The notes under the pieces: generated by a model
What the model saw: the letters and a program-made list of their open reading frames with translations, nothing else
The model's database searches: none
What the model was told of the DNA's origin: nothing
Part shown: piece by piece, positions 30,831-44,215 of the stretch
Layout of the letters: each line of letters begins with the position of its first letter
How positions within the stretch are numbered: the first letter of the stretch is position 1
Made by a program: the position numbers and the translations under genes
Assembly (NCBI RefSeq): GCF_000315625.1
Contig: NW_005434635.1
Coordinates: forward strand, 248,001-312,000
DNA length: 64,000 nt
Direction of reading: 5' to 3'
From: Guillardia theta CCMP2712
Lineage: Eukaryota; Protista; Cryptophyta

Positions 30831-32621
30831 GATGATCGGATCGAAGTCACACGTTAAAAAGTAACTTTTATAATGATTAGTTCAATGTTTTTTTTTGTAT
30901 ATGGGACTCGCCGCGCGTGATTCCGACCGTTGAGACCGGTCGGTACGGCCAGTCGGAGCCTCTGACCATGATGGCATAGTATGGGGACGTAGATATACAT
31001 GACTCAACTTGGAACTTTACCCAGTCGTGTCCGTCAGGCTTGACTGTAACCCTTACGAGGTTGACTATAGCCTCATCTTTCACGACTGTAGTGCATCATT
31101 ACGGCTGTCCGTTTGTACCGAAGAGTCGCAGAGTGTTCCCAGCCGTGTTAACGGGGGCCGCGATTCCGTGACCACCCCTATCCGCTTACTAAGTTAATCA
31201 GTGGGCTCCACAGGGGTAGTAGATGCTACCGAATCCATGGAGATGGCTCCCGGATTTCAGTCTTGGAGGTGAAAAGGAGTGATTTCAGCATCTTATCCCG
31301 GATTGATTACATTTTTCAATCACGCCCCTTTCAGCACCCTCTCTGTGCGACCTCTTCCGGGCTCCGCGGACGCCCCTGTTTTCCCATTTGAAGCGATGGT
31401 CTTATAGGGGTGGGGTGGTCAGGAAAAAGTATAAATCAGTTATAAAGTCTTTCCTTTAGTTAGGTGCCAGGAGATTATCCGAGATGAGCAGGTCAACGAT
31501 TGGAGTCGGAGGTGGGTCCTTTATTGAAGGGGGTAGTCATGTGTTAAGACGGCGTAATCCAGTAGCCATAGGACTACCCCTGAGACCACCCCACCTTCCC
31601 ATTTCTGACCTCTACCTACCCCACGGGATGATATCTTGACCACGACCTAACACCCCTTCATGAAAATCATTCAAGTACCCCTAAGTTATGATACAAATTG
31701 GACTCAACCTACCGGTCATTGGCGGAGTACCCTACCTCCTAAAACACCCTCATTACAGCCTTTCATTACATCTCCTGGTGACCCACCCCTCCCCATGTCT
31801 CCTTCATGACCCCTAGGGAAGAAGACACCGAATTTCGCTCACCTTCTTGGACCCTTTCAGAAACAATTCTAGTACCTCGTACCTCCCTGGTACTATGAAA
31901 CAGAGCACTACCCCTCCTTTATGTACCCCCTCACCTCCGAAGCTACCCCACCCTCTGAGCCCCTACCCCCAGTCAAAGATTTTATCTAAAAAGAAAAAAG
32001 AAAGAGACCTCTTGCACCCACCCTACCCCAGAACTTTTGACTGTGTACTCCCCTGCTGTCCTTGCACTACTCCTCCCCTCCCATCACCCCTGATGAACGA
32101 GATGCACCCATTTGCCACTACCCTACCAAAAACACAAAACCACCCCATTATTTCATGCTTATCTTTTGCCAACACCATCAGGTACCCGTACTTTTGAGTT
32201 CCACATGTACCCACCCAACATCACTACCACCCCATTACCCTCCCCCCTACGTTTCGGGTACAATTTCGTGCGATCACGTATCTCGTCCTCCTGCTGTTGT
32301 CACGACGGGTCCTCGCTCCTTACAGCACCCACCCTGGTCCCCCCCACTCATCTCGCAAACACCCAACCTTTCCCCATCCTTACCTCCCCATTCTCCCCCC
32401 GATCCCATCCAACAAACTTCATAAAGTGGGCGGCTGACAACTGCGTCCCCTGGGTTTGTTCCTCCACGTGCTCCTTGCTCCTTACATTCCTCCCCTCTAC
32501 GCCTTCGCTCTGTGTCGTTCTTTCCTGCCTTCCTCCTTCGTTTCGACTTCTCTTGTCCTTGCAACTCTTGTGTGCAAGCAAGCCAAGCTCCCTGTTCACC
32601 TCAACTTGAAAGATATCCGCC

Positions 32622-33196
32622 ATGGCCCCCCCGAAAGTACCTGAGCGAGCATTGGAAGTATGCCCAAGGAGAAAACTCACCGACATGGAGAAAGACATTG
32701 AGCCTGTTCTTCTCACCCGCAAGATGCTTGAAGGCTTCTATGGAATGCCCCTGTGCGACGTCGCGACCACGCTTTCTATCTCCCTCTCTGCGATTCGCAA
32801 GGCCTGCAGAAGGTTGGGCATCGAGAAATGGCCGTTCAAGAGTAGGAATCCTGGACCCAAGAGGAAGTCCGTCAAGATCGGAGGTTGCGAGACAAACTCC
32901 CCCGCGGGACCATGCAGCTGGTCCTCCACCAGCTCCGAGTCCTCGGGCTCCATAGCGTCGCAGATGTCAACCCCGACGCAAGAGATAAGCGTTCAGTTCA
33001 GCAGCATAGAGGCTCCTTCAACAGCGCTGCAGCTTCAGAGGCAGCCCTTCCAAGTCCAGCAGACGTGTAGCTTTGCCTTCAATGCGCCCCGCGTCCAAGC
33101 AGTTTCCAAGTTTGAGTTGGCGCAGCAGCAAGTCTACGAGAGCGAGCTGCTTGCCAACAACGACATGATGTCTTCTCAGTTCATGCAAGATCCATG

Positions 33197-33227
<31 letters not shown>

Positions 33228-33452
33228 CAACAACAACCACAGATCGAGGAAGAGATGATGCTGCGTGGTCAGGTGGAGATCAAGATGGAGGTGCCTGCTG
33301 GTAGCTCAACCATGCCGCCTGCTGAGTGGAACTTGGACGCAGTTCGCTGGTCGTTCCAGCACAACGAGGAGGAGGAGTTCTCTGTGGAAGATGAGACGGA
33401 GGAGAACTTCTGGAAAAGCATCAATGAGGTCATCCCTCCTTCACATCCTTGA
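32622..33452 (+). CDS. RWP-RK domain transcription factor (RKD/MID-like), single exon, poly-Q
   Basis: LTRKMLEGFYGMPLCDVATTLSISLSAIRKACRRLGIEKWPFKS fits the RWP-RK helix-turn-helix pattern; Q-rich and acidic tail. Confidence 0.88.
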
Positions 33453-33694
33453 TTGATTTTTGTCTTGACGCCACCATGTGAAACCTGGTTGCGATTGTCA
33501 ATATTTTGTACTTCCCCGCTCTCCTGTTCCCATTGCGGTTTGGATACGGGCGGCGGAAACCTTGTCTTGTTACTATAGCTATCTGTTTTGATATACTCTC
33601 TCAATAAATCGTTTAATCAAAAGTGCATCTTGCTGCATTGAGATCGAACAAATACACATGCCTTCTGGCAGTTTGTCTCATGTGTGTATTCCCT

Positions 33695-36600
33695 TCAGTC
33701 ACCGTTCTTGTTCCTCGCAAAGATGTCAATCGTGATCTGAGGGTAGATCTGCATACTTGTTAGCCGATGATTGACCGCAACGTGCAAGACAAGCCACCAG
33801 AGGAAGCAGCTTGCCACGAGGTTCATCCTCGACGCATCTGCCGACACAGGGGTCAGAGGAAGAGCCCTTGGGCATGCAGTGGGGGTCACAGTGGGATGCG
33901 GAGGAAGAGGTGGGTTGAGAGGTGGGCCGCTCGGTCGAGCATGTAGCATCTGCAGGACAAGACCGAAGTCAGCCGTTGATTCTCCAGCCTTCCCACCTGG
34001 GCGCAAGGGGTGAAGGAGCAGAACAATGGGCAGTGAAGTTGGGCCCGGCAGGCCCGGCAGGCCCTTAGGACCCGCTCAGTCTCGTCGCCCCATCTTACCT
34101 CGCACAGAGGTTGTACTGGTCGCAGTTGCAGCACTTGTACCGGATCTGTTGCGTGGAAGGCAGGATCAACTCATCCTCTCTCCTCCTCTTCCTCCTCTCT
34201 TCTCACCCCGGCGATCGGATTTTCACTGCAGCTGTCGCAGCCCGTTCCCTGTCAGAGGATCAAGTCACAAGTCCAGCATGACCAGTCCCGCACACACATG
34301 GTGAGTTTGTCCTGTCGTCAGGTCGATATTTGCAATCTGAGCAGAGCATTGCCGTCAGCAGGAGCAAGAACCGTCAAATCCCTCACAGATGGTCGGAAGT
34401 GCGGCGGGAGTTTGCGGTGACAGGCGAGGAGGACCTGTTGGTGGTTGAACATATCAAGAGCGACCTGGAAGCAGAACAGCAAAAGGTTCTTGTCCTCTAC
34501 CTCGCTCTTCAACATGTTGTCCCTCTCCACACACCTCGCGCACAGGCTCTGCATACTCCTCTTGTCCGCGTCCCTCGCGATCGAGATGTACCGGACGCCT
34601 GATATGTTGTCGCTCTTGCAGTTTATACAAACAACCTGTGAAGGAGTGAAAACATAACTCGCTCCTCTCCTCCTCTCCCTTTCATCCTCCTCCTCTCCTT
34701 TGGCTCATAAGAATGGCAATCAACAGCAATCAGCAAACAGCTTACCCCCGTATGTTTCGTCGCCCCCAACGCAGGCAGGGAGATGACATCCAACATTCTG
34801 CTCTGCAGGAACCCCAAGCTCATATCCTACCAACAACTCTGAGTCGACCCTTCCTTCTCCAGCTTCTCTTTACCGCGTTCAGCTCCCCTCGAGCAAACGA
34901 TCCCCACGAGAAAACTTGAGAGCCGTTGGAGAGGGCCAGGGAATGAAATCGACCGCAGCTCAGCGACGAGAACTTGGCATCATCCCCTGAGATCGTTGAC
35001 AACGAGAGCGATAGGATCTTGCTCTCCCTTGCTACTCCTCCTTCCCAGATCCGACCTTCTCCATCCAGCAGCACCGCAACTTCAGCCCTGAGGCTGCACA
35101 CCGACGTCATTCCCCAGCACCTCCCTGTCATGGCCGAACTCACGAGATGTCACGAGCACATGCCGGCTGCTGACTTGCGGCCACGACTGCTCGCATCTTC
35201 TTGAAGCGACATTCCTTGTCTTCGCACACATCAATCAATGTTCATGAGCTCTACCCGCCTTACCGTTGTTGCCCAACTTGCCGGTGAAGAAGAGATTGCC
35301 TGTTTGTCCCAGTAAGATCCATCCTCCTCCTACGTGTTCTTTCCCCTCTTCGCCCTTTTCCTCGAGCTTCTCATCACCCTCCACCCCTTTCCTCCTCCTC
35401 CTCCTCCTCCTCCTCCTCCTCCTCCTCCTCCTCTCCCTCCTCCTCCTCCTCCAACTTCCCTTCATCTCCTCTCTGCTCTATTTCTTCGCCCTCATCTTTC
35501 TCAATCCTTGCGTCTTCTCTTAATCCTTGGCATCAAAGTCTCATACCGTCAGCATCCAGCGCAATCATCTTATCTCGCCCCATCGCAACTTTGACGATTC
35601 TGGACAGAAACTTCTTCATAGAGTGATTAGTGAAACGTTTTGCTGGAATAATCTACTAACCTTCTCCTCCTCTTCCTCCCCTTGCTGTTCCTTCTTGTCC
35701 TCTTCCTCCCCCTCTTCCTCATCCTCTTCGTGTCGTCGTGCCAGTCTCGGAGCAGGACAGCAAGGTTCACCATCGACATCAGCAGGAAGAGCCTCCTCCT
35801 CCCCAAGTCCCAGCCGACCATCCTTAGCACAGCCCCAGCAGAGAAGATAACCCGACGGTGAAGAGCGAGGAGGAAGGAGAGAGTGAGTGCTGCTGCTATG
35901 AAACATTATCGCACAAGTCTGGTTGTTGCTTGCTGAGACGGAGAGGAGGGACATTTCCCCAGTCTCTATTTCCACTTCCCTCCGCCAGTCCACGCGGGTC
36001 GGGGAGAGGACGGAGCTTTTCTCCTTCACTCCGCATTGCCCCTCGTAGTTCCTCCCCCACGCGAATAGGCTGCCATCTGTACTGCATCAGGAGGAGACCA
36101 GGAAGAAAAGGAGAGAGAAACATAGGAAGTTGATGAGAAGAAAACAAGGAGGAAAACCACTAGAGAAGGGGGAGGAGGAGGAGGAGGAGGAGGAGGAGGA
36201 GGGAGGAGGAGGGAGGAGGAGGAGGAGGGGGGAGGAGGGAGGAGGAGGAGAGGAGGAGGAGGAGGAGAGTCTCTCACCGTCTGGCTCATCGGAACAGTGA
36301 GACTATCCGTCTCCAGTCGCTCGAACGTCGACAGCCCATGAGNNNNNNNNNNNNNNNNNNNNNNNNNNNNNNNNNNNNNNNNNNNNNNNNNNNNNNNNNN
36401 NNNNNNNNNNNNNNNNNNNNNNNNNNNNNNNNNNNNNNNNNNGGTTCTCTATGCCATCAGGAGTTGTTGAGCTCGTTTGGGCTCTTTCTCCACCCGCCTT
36501 CCGTCTTCGTTCTTCACTGCCAAAGGTTCTTGGGCCGCGACGAATTTGGAAGTGACGAGAGCTTAAATGGGCTGAGTGCAAAGGGTTACAGGATGAGGAG

Positions 36601-37802
36601 GTGGAGGAGGAGGAGGAGGAGGGAGGAGGATACACCTGCGCATAAGATGACGCTAAACGAATCGCCACAGGCAGCTGAAGTCGCTCGAGTTTCTTCCTCT
36701 GCGTTCCCGAAGCCTCTCAAACATGCAGGTCGAAGAATCTGGAAGCAGCTCGGATGAGGACCTTGACGGGTAAAATGGCGAGGGAGGGGGCGGAGATGAT
36801 GATAATGATTGCGACGCCGATGACGACGACGATGATTATGGTGATGGTGATGGTGATGGTGATGGTGATGGTGATGATAGTGATGATGATGGTGATGGTG
36901 ATGGTGATGATGCTGCTGATGATGATGATGCTGATCACGGAACTTGCCTGCTGGCTCTTGTGATTTAGTCCACACTGACCGTCAACGTTGCTTCCCCAGG
37001 TGAAAACTTTCCCGCTGAAAAGAGGAAGAGTAATTGATGTGATTCCAGCACAAAATTGACACATGGAAGCATAATGATGTCCAACCATAACGCAGAAATC
37101 AGAGATTATCGAAATGATAACGCAGAAAATCATCAACAACACTGAGAGGAAAAGAGAAGAATCAAATGCACAGCAAACTGGCAGCAGCAAACAAGTTGAA
37201 GAAGCAACAAACACTGTCTTGCTCCTCCTCGCACACTCTCATCAACATCATCATCATGTACCCTCACCTCTCAGAGATGGCGACCATGTGATATTGACCG
37301 CAACCGACACTCACTATCTTCTCATTCCCTACACCCACCACCTGCTGTACCCCAGCTGTCATCTCCTTCTCCTCCCTCTCCCTCTCTCCCTCTCCCTCTC
37401 ACCCTCTCTCTCTCCTCTCCCTCTCCCCTCTCCCCTCTCCCCTCTCGCTCCTTACTCCCTCGTTTCCTCCCTCACCTTGGCTCTCAGCACAAACTGCTGG
37501 GCAGTCACTGAAGGCCTGCAGTCAAACTCTGTCCTCGCATGCCCGAGCTTGCCGCAAGTGTTGTCCCCGCACGTGAAGAGAAGCCCGTCCTCGCACACCA
37601 GAGCTGTGAAGTCCTCCCCGCAAGTCACCGTCCTCGTCGCCAGGTTGTCTCCGACGGCGGCAGACTGGTGGAAGGAGAGGCTGCTGCTGCTCAGAACACT
37701 GCTCTCTTGCTGGTGGATGAATTCCAGGGATCGCTGACAGATCTCGTTGTAGCTTCTTGTTCTCTCCTCCTCCTCTCCCGCCTTGACTGGCTCCGACATG
37801 TT
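33695..37802 (-). CDS. RCC1-repeat plus two ZZ zinc-finger region (probably the 3' part of the SET gene)
   Basis: RCC1 blades VTCGEDFTALVCEDGLLFTCGDNTCGKLGH, VFTWGSNVDGQCG, LCWGCAKDGRLGLG, SCGRFHSLAL..VFSWGS. ZZ finger CDSCSENPIAG|IRYKCCNCDQYNLCA|RCY..HLSTHLFLRIP and a degenerate ZZ CINCKSDNISGVRY..LCARC. The 3' end is approximate. Confidence 0.78.
36343..36442. other. Assembly gap (100 N)
   Basis: Run of N. Confidence 0.99.
36790..36935. repeat. (GAT/GGT)n trinucleotide repeat, intronic
   Basis: Tandem GATGGT/GAT array. Confidence 0.85.
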
Positions 37803-38157
37803 CTGCGTCAAGAGACGTCAAGGCATTCAGTGGGGTTGCGGGACAAGCAAGAAGGGGAGAAGAAAAGAGGGGAGGAGAGCGGGGGGGGGAACATGAGAGA
37901 GGGGAAAGATAAGATGGGATGAGGGGGGGATGAAACACTTGGAGAAGAAAAGGGAGGGAAGAGAAAGGAGAGGAGGAGGAGGAGAGGAGAGGAGAGGAGA
38001 AGAGGAGGAGAGGAGGAGAGGAGGAGAGGAGAAGAGGAAGAGAGAAAGAGAGGCGGAGGCGGAGGAGTGGAGAGAGGAGAAAGAGAGGAGGAGAGGAGGA
38101 GAGGAGGAGAGGAGGAGAGGAGGAGGAGGAGGAGATCCGACGGCAAGGCTGCAAGAA

Positions 38158-40392
38158 TCACCTCCCACGGATTTCCTTCACTCTCCGACTCCAGCAGCTG
38201 TATCGCAACCCCCAGCAAGTCTCAGCGACGCAGAGGATTGCAAGCAAACTCACCAGGTCATACTGTTCGAGGTCCCCGACATTCGAGTCAGCCAGCAGCG
38301 TCTCCCTCCAGCGCATCGTTGCCCCGTTGAGGTAGTCGCTATCCACCCACAACCTCTCTCCTCCTCTCTCATCGTCTCCTTCCACGTACACAGCAGTCGA
38401 CTGCTGCTGCTGCTGCGAGCCGACCTTGCAGCGCTGGAGCTGAAGCTCGTGCAGAGCAATGGCCATGAAGCGGGCATGCTGAAGGAGGACGCGCTTCCTT
38501 GTCATCCGGTAGATGAGGCAGAACTTCTTCCTCATGCTCTCAGCGCTCTTGTACTCCCGCCTGTGTCATAGTTAGCGGGAGGAGGAGGGAAGGAAGGTAG
38601 CTTGTCTCTTACCAGTCTCCTGCTAAGGTTGTGGGGAAGTTGTTGCGGACGCAGTCTATCAGAGCCTGGGAGGGGAGTCAGCGATGTTGGAGGGAGAAGT
38701 TGAGAGGAGAACGATCGTGCAAGTGACGTCTTGTAGCAATGGTGGTGATGATGCTGATCATGATAGAGACGATCTTGGGAGTGTGGCAGTGGGGGCTGTT
38801 GTTGTTCACGATGATGAAAATGTTGTTGTGGTGTGGTTATGATGATGAACGTGATGATGTTGTCCTAAAGACAAGTTCTTGCCATTGACGACAATATGCC
38901 GAGCACTTCGTATCACTCACCTTCCTCAACAACGAAAGAGCTTCTTCCTCCATCTTGGCATCCCAGAAGCATTTCTGCCGCAGCTCTTCATGTGTGAACG
39001 AGCCTCCGCCCTTCCCTGACGGCCCCAACGACTTGTCGAGCACAAACTTTCTGAAGAGGACAAGGAGGTCGAAGCAGGGAACCTGAACATGGGGGTGAGA
39101 GCAAGGCAGAGGCAGAGAAGGCAGGAGGAGCTTACTGTGATGGGCACAGCAACTGGAGGGAGGAGAGAGGCAGAAGGCGGAGAAGAGGATGGAAAGCTGG
39201 ATGAGGTAGGCATAGAGAGAGGACAAGGAGCTGCAAGGGAGGGGGAGGGGGGGGGGAGATGGTGAAAAGAATAAGAGGAGGAGCAGGAGAGCTGGAGCAG
39301 GAGGAGGAACCTGAGGTCTGAGACAAGTCTTGAAGATCTTCGTGCATGGAATGTTCTTGGAGTGATGGAGAGTATTGATGCGGAAGTTGAGCTCCACAGC
39401 CTGGAGAGAGAAAGAGAGTATCAGAGAGTATGAGCAAGGAAGGAGAGATGGGAAAAGATAGAAAGTGATGGGACGGGAAGTAAGCAAAGATAATCTCCTG
39501 CTCCTCCTCCTGCCTGCTCACCTCATATCTGTTGCTTTGCAGTGCAAACCCGTAGTGCAGCAGCAGCTCCGCGTTGCTCCTCGGCCCATAGGACATGAAG
39601 GCTTCCTCTCCCCTCCTATGAACATGCTCCCCGCTCGCGTCGCACATGTACGCGGCCCTCCTCTCCTCCGGCAGCCACCGGTAGCTCGTCTGTACGTTGA
39701 CATGGTTCAGGAGGTCGGCGAAGGGGACGATGGAAGGATGGGGGAGGAAGCGGCCGAACGTCCTCGACTCCACACAGAGCAGCGCCCAACGGAATTCCTC
39801 CCACGTGTACCTGTCCACCGAAAAAACGTCGCCATGCTGCACCAGGATGGGCCGCAGCACCCGCTGGTACGTTTGCTGCATACTGGCTACGACAATCATC
39901 GCCTCTGCCTTGAGCGACTCGTCCTGCAGCTCCTGCAGCTCCTCCTCACTCCACTTGGACGCTGCTCCGGGGTCTGCAGGGAGGATGTCGATCATGGGCT
40001 TCCAGAACGATGCGTTCCCCTGGTCCAACTTCTCGTACAAGATGAGCAGCGTCAGCGCGAGCTCGTCTCTGGACGAGAACAAGACATCCTTGTGCTTCCT
40101 GAAGACATGGGCGATGGAAGAAGCCTGCGGCAAGCTGTCAGTCCATTGCCGGCATGCGCCTCCCGTCCATCTCCCGCCATACCATGCAAGACTTGCGACT
40201 CATCAGGATCTTCTCAGGGATGCTGAACATCTCTTCGCAGGGAGCGATGTCGCTGATCACTCGCACTCCTCTCTCGCCATCGTGAGGCTTCCCAGGCCAG
40301 CGGTACACTGGCCATTCCAGCTTGTCGAACTTCGCGCCATGCTCCCGCAGCCATGCAAGAAACCTTTGTTCTTTCTCGCTGACCTCTGCCAT
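38158..40392 (-). CDS. SET-domain methyltransferase, SETD3/Rubisco-LSMT class, multi-exon
   Basis: RFLAWLREHGA, ERGVRVISDI..MFSIPEKILMS, LILYEK..SFWKPMIDILP, FRWALLCVESRTF, IVPFADLLNH, EEAFMSYGPRSNAELLLHYGF. It may splice onward into the RCC1/ZZ exons. Confidence 0.87.
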
Positions 40393-40651
40393 CCTTCTCT
40401 TGCCCCTGTTCCCGCTCTTCCAGCTTCCAGCCGGTGATCGCTAGTTGCGAGTTCTCTCCATGACTTTCTCTCTACTCTCCTCCTCCTCCTCCTCCTCCTC
40501 CTCCTCCTCCTATCTGTTGCCCTCCATGAACCGGGCCTGCATGTGCATATGTCTGGAACAATATCTAGAACATGATCTAGATCAAAACCAGACTCTACCT
40601 AGATTCCCTCGCGGGCCCACCTCAGGTCCATTCCGTGCCGGCCATGGAAAC

Positions 40652-43600
40652 ATGCGAGGGGAGGCGGCGAGAAGAGAAGATGATGGAGGCGATGGCGGGA
40701 TGGTGAGTGAGGGGAGGAGGAGGAGGAGGAGGAGGAGGAGGAGGAGGAGGAGGAGGAGGAGGATCTCAGGGGGAGACGGTTCGTTACATGCTGGAGGGGC
40801 AGGGGAGGGGGGAGGGGAAGGGAGAGGGGAGGCTCTAGTGTGAACATGGAGACAGGATTGAGGCCTCGGAGATCCAAGCAGACCTGCTGAGGCAGCTGGA
40901 CGAGCTGACTAGCCGGCATGCTGAAATTGAGAGTGAGAATGGGCGGCTGAGGGAGGAGACGAGGAGGTTGAGGTTGAGCGTGGGAGCTACATCAAGCAAA
41001 GAAGCTTCTTTGTCTGCATGCAGAGAGCTGATCTCGCTGCTTGGCGATGTACAGAAGATCTCCTGTGCTCTAGCAGATTGTTTCCTTCATAGTCATGGAG
41101 GACAGGAGCACGATGGCGCAGACCCGGCTTGGAAAAACATGCACGCTGCTCGACATGATTCTCTTGAGTCAGATTCAGATATTCTCGGCCATGCTCAACA
41201 CCGATGTGGAGGAGACGCCCGAGCGCATGACGCCTCCTCTGACTCTTTGTTCGATGATATGAACCCGGTGCTCGTCCAATCGGACCAGCAGTTGCGGCCC
41301 AGGCGAGGAATTGAGGGTCAGAGTTGGGCAGCAGATATGAGCTGCTTGTTGGAAGAAATCAGGGAATTTGTTGATGAAATATCTCTAGTGCGAGAGACGA
41401 TCGATGACTTTTCGGTTGCGCTTCAAGCAGATGCAACAGTCTTGCATGGTCGGCAGTGCAGTACACTCAAACGAACATCAAACAACACCCGCGTTGCGAT
41501 GATATCAGCAGACAGCGTGTTCGGACTGCAAGTTTGCCTGCTGTCGCTTTCAGAGCTTGTCTCCAAGTCTTACGGTGAAGCTGCCGCACTCATCGACGAT
41601 GTTGGGGCCTCCATGCACTCCGAGGTAGAGCGCTGCATGCTGATGGAACGAGCCGCACGAGAGACCTGGGAAGAGAACATCAGGCTGCGACAGGAGATGT
41701 TTGCCATGTCGCAGCAGCTCGACAGGATGCAGGAGGCGCTGGAAGGGGCGATGAACTGCTCTGCTGAGCACGAGAGGAGAGGAGGGGAGAAGCTGAGCGC
41801 GGATGACTTGCGGAGGATAGCAGAGGAGACAGTTCTGGAGAATATCAAGTTCCGACATCAGATCTCTGACATGTCTCGGGCCATGGAGCATTTGCAGGAG
41901 TTTGCTGATGGTGTAAGAGCACAAGAGATGGCCGGGATGGGGAGAGAGGAGACGAGGCAAATCGCAGAGGTCACTGTGAGGGAGAACATCCTCTTGCGCC
42001 AGGAGATCTACACGTTGTCATGCGAGGTGCGCAGTTTGCATGAGAGCAAGAGGAAGCGTGAGGAAGCGAGTACGATCGATCAGGAGGGGGGAGGATGTGT
42101 TGAAGAAGCATGCGCTTGTATGTTAGCAAGGATGCAGGATCTTGAAACATTGTTGTCCCTCATTGGTATTTCAGTGGAGCAAAGAGTGAAAAGAGAAGGG
42201 AGGATAGAAAACCGAATGTTTGAGAATATCTTGAGCACCGTCAGTCTCATCGAGATTGTTTTGACTCAGGTCGGTTCGAGCCTGGATTTCAAGTTGAACA
42301 GCGTTAAATATGTCTGTCGGCAATATGACAGTCATAGAACAGCTGGTTTCGATAAAGGCGTCATGATGCTTGATGTATCGAAACGATTGCAGACCTCGGA
42401 CGGTAACGATTTACCCGCTCAGAATGACGTTGAGAAGCTGAATTTGATGGATGTCATGTGGAAGGTGGAAGAAAGTGTGCAAAGCATTTGCATCGTCTTG
42501 GAGACGTTCATCGAGAAGAGCTATCAGAAGGCGTTCGACCTCGACCAACAAGTCGATAGCTATCGGATGAGCGATACAGGTGCATGCAGGGAGCTGCTGG
42601 ATCGAGGGGTCGAAGGAAACGCTCGACTCTCATGTACCAAAGAGTCTAGTACCAGATCCAACTCGATGATTGACCCGAGGAACTCAAACATTGAAGGTTT
42701 TGTCAACCGGCAAGAGTCGGTCATCGTGACGATGCAGGAAACTCTGCAGGGTCTGGAGAGGGCGATGAATCGGCTGGGACTCATGATATTCGCCTGCCGT
42801 ACCCGATCGAGAGAGACTGTGGGGAGCAATGAGCTCTTACAACCACGATCTGCTCATCCTGGTATGAGCGAAGGGGAGCTGGGAGAGGGGAACCTCCAAG
42901 ACCTCCAGCAGAGGGTTGAAGAAGCAGAAAGCAGGGCGAGTAGAGCACAACTACAGGTCCGCCCTCCTTGCTCTCTGCTGACACTCTGTGCGACCTGATA
43001 GAGGCGTTACAGGCGCAAGTTCTACAGAAAAAGCTCATGGCGACAAGACTTCTGGCGGCAAGGCAGAGGATGGACTTGCATGAGGACGTGGGCAACATGA
43101 CAACCTCTACCTTCTCTTCTTACTTGGCTGAGGATACCTCCTCCTCCTCGCACACCAGACCAACCCCCGCAGTCAGAGATCCTGTCTTGCGCGATTGGGA
43201 GAGGGCTTGTGCGAGATGGGAGCAGCACTGTCGCATTGGGCTGAAGGGTCTGTTTGCACAGAGAAGTGAATACCAGGAGATATGCATGTTCTTACATGCA
43301 GAAGTGATACCTTTGCTCAGCTTTACTGCCAGCCAGCCAAGTCAGACTGACTCGATGAATCAGAAGCTGATTGCGTGCGTGGTGGAGGGTTTCTTCGAAT
43401 CCATTCCTGTCCGTGTCGACACATCGAACATGAAGGGAAACTGGATGGACCTACTGGATCTGAAGACATTACTGCAGGTCAGTTTGCTCACTCTGCAACA
43501 CTTCATCTCGATGACAAGTCGTGACATCCAGGTGCTCCTGGCTTGGATCAAAGAAGCCTCTGACAGGGATTATGTCTTTGAAGCAATCGCCCTGGTTCGA

Positions 43601-43675
43601 AGAAGCAGGTCCCTTCCTGTCCTGGTGGTTGACTCTGTGGAGACTGAAATCAAATCCTTGATTGGAGAGAGGTAG
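40652..43675 (+). CDS. Large hypothetical coiled-coil protein, divergent from the SET gene
   Basis: 676-aa ORF 40968-42998 with three repeats of (E/V)xxENIxxRxxI/M, plus a downstream ORF 42968-43675 linked by a probable short intron. The start is uncertain. Confidence 0.6.
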
Positions 43676-43885
43676 AACCAGTCGTACGTTGCTTCGTCCA
43701 GATTGTTGTATCATATTTGCAAGGTTAATACCTTGTCCTTGTTATGGTTGTTGCTTTCGTTTCCTCCTGTGTATAGTAATACAACCAAACCAAGATTTCT
43801 TCCAGGGAATGCAAGCTAATGAAGTTTATTTGTAACCTTTCAGAAAGTACACTGCTTTAGTCAACATTCTAGGGTAGCAAAACTT

Positions 43886-44215
43886 TCAACAGAGCTCAAT
43901 GCTAGCTGCTTCATGGTTGATTGTAGCTAATGAGAGGGATCCCATCTTGCTTTCTAGAGGTTCTGGGTCGTAGACAGAAGGAGTTCTTCCGCCATTCATC
44001 TTGATGTACTCTATCGACTTCGCCAAACAAAACAACATCTTCTTGTTCTTGTCTGACAACGTGTGCACTTTTCCCCTCTGAGCGCTGTTAAGTTTCAGGA
44101 AGCTCAGCTCAGGAACATCCGCCATGTCATCTTCATCGCAGCAGAGCTCATCGAAATCGTCCTGTGAAGGAATGGGATGGATTCGCATCTCGGCCTCACT
44201 GCTTGAGCAAAGCAT
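43886..44215 (-). CDS. Hypothetical small protein (109 aa)
   Basis: Protein-like ORF convergent with the previous gene; no known motif. Confidence 0.4.
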   Translation of the reverse strand: MLCSSSEAEMRIHPIPSQDDFDELCCDEDDMADVPELSFLKLNSAQRGKVHTLSDKNKKMLFCLAKSIEYIKMNGGRTPSVYDPEPLESKMGSLSLATINHEAASIELC

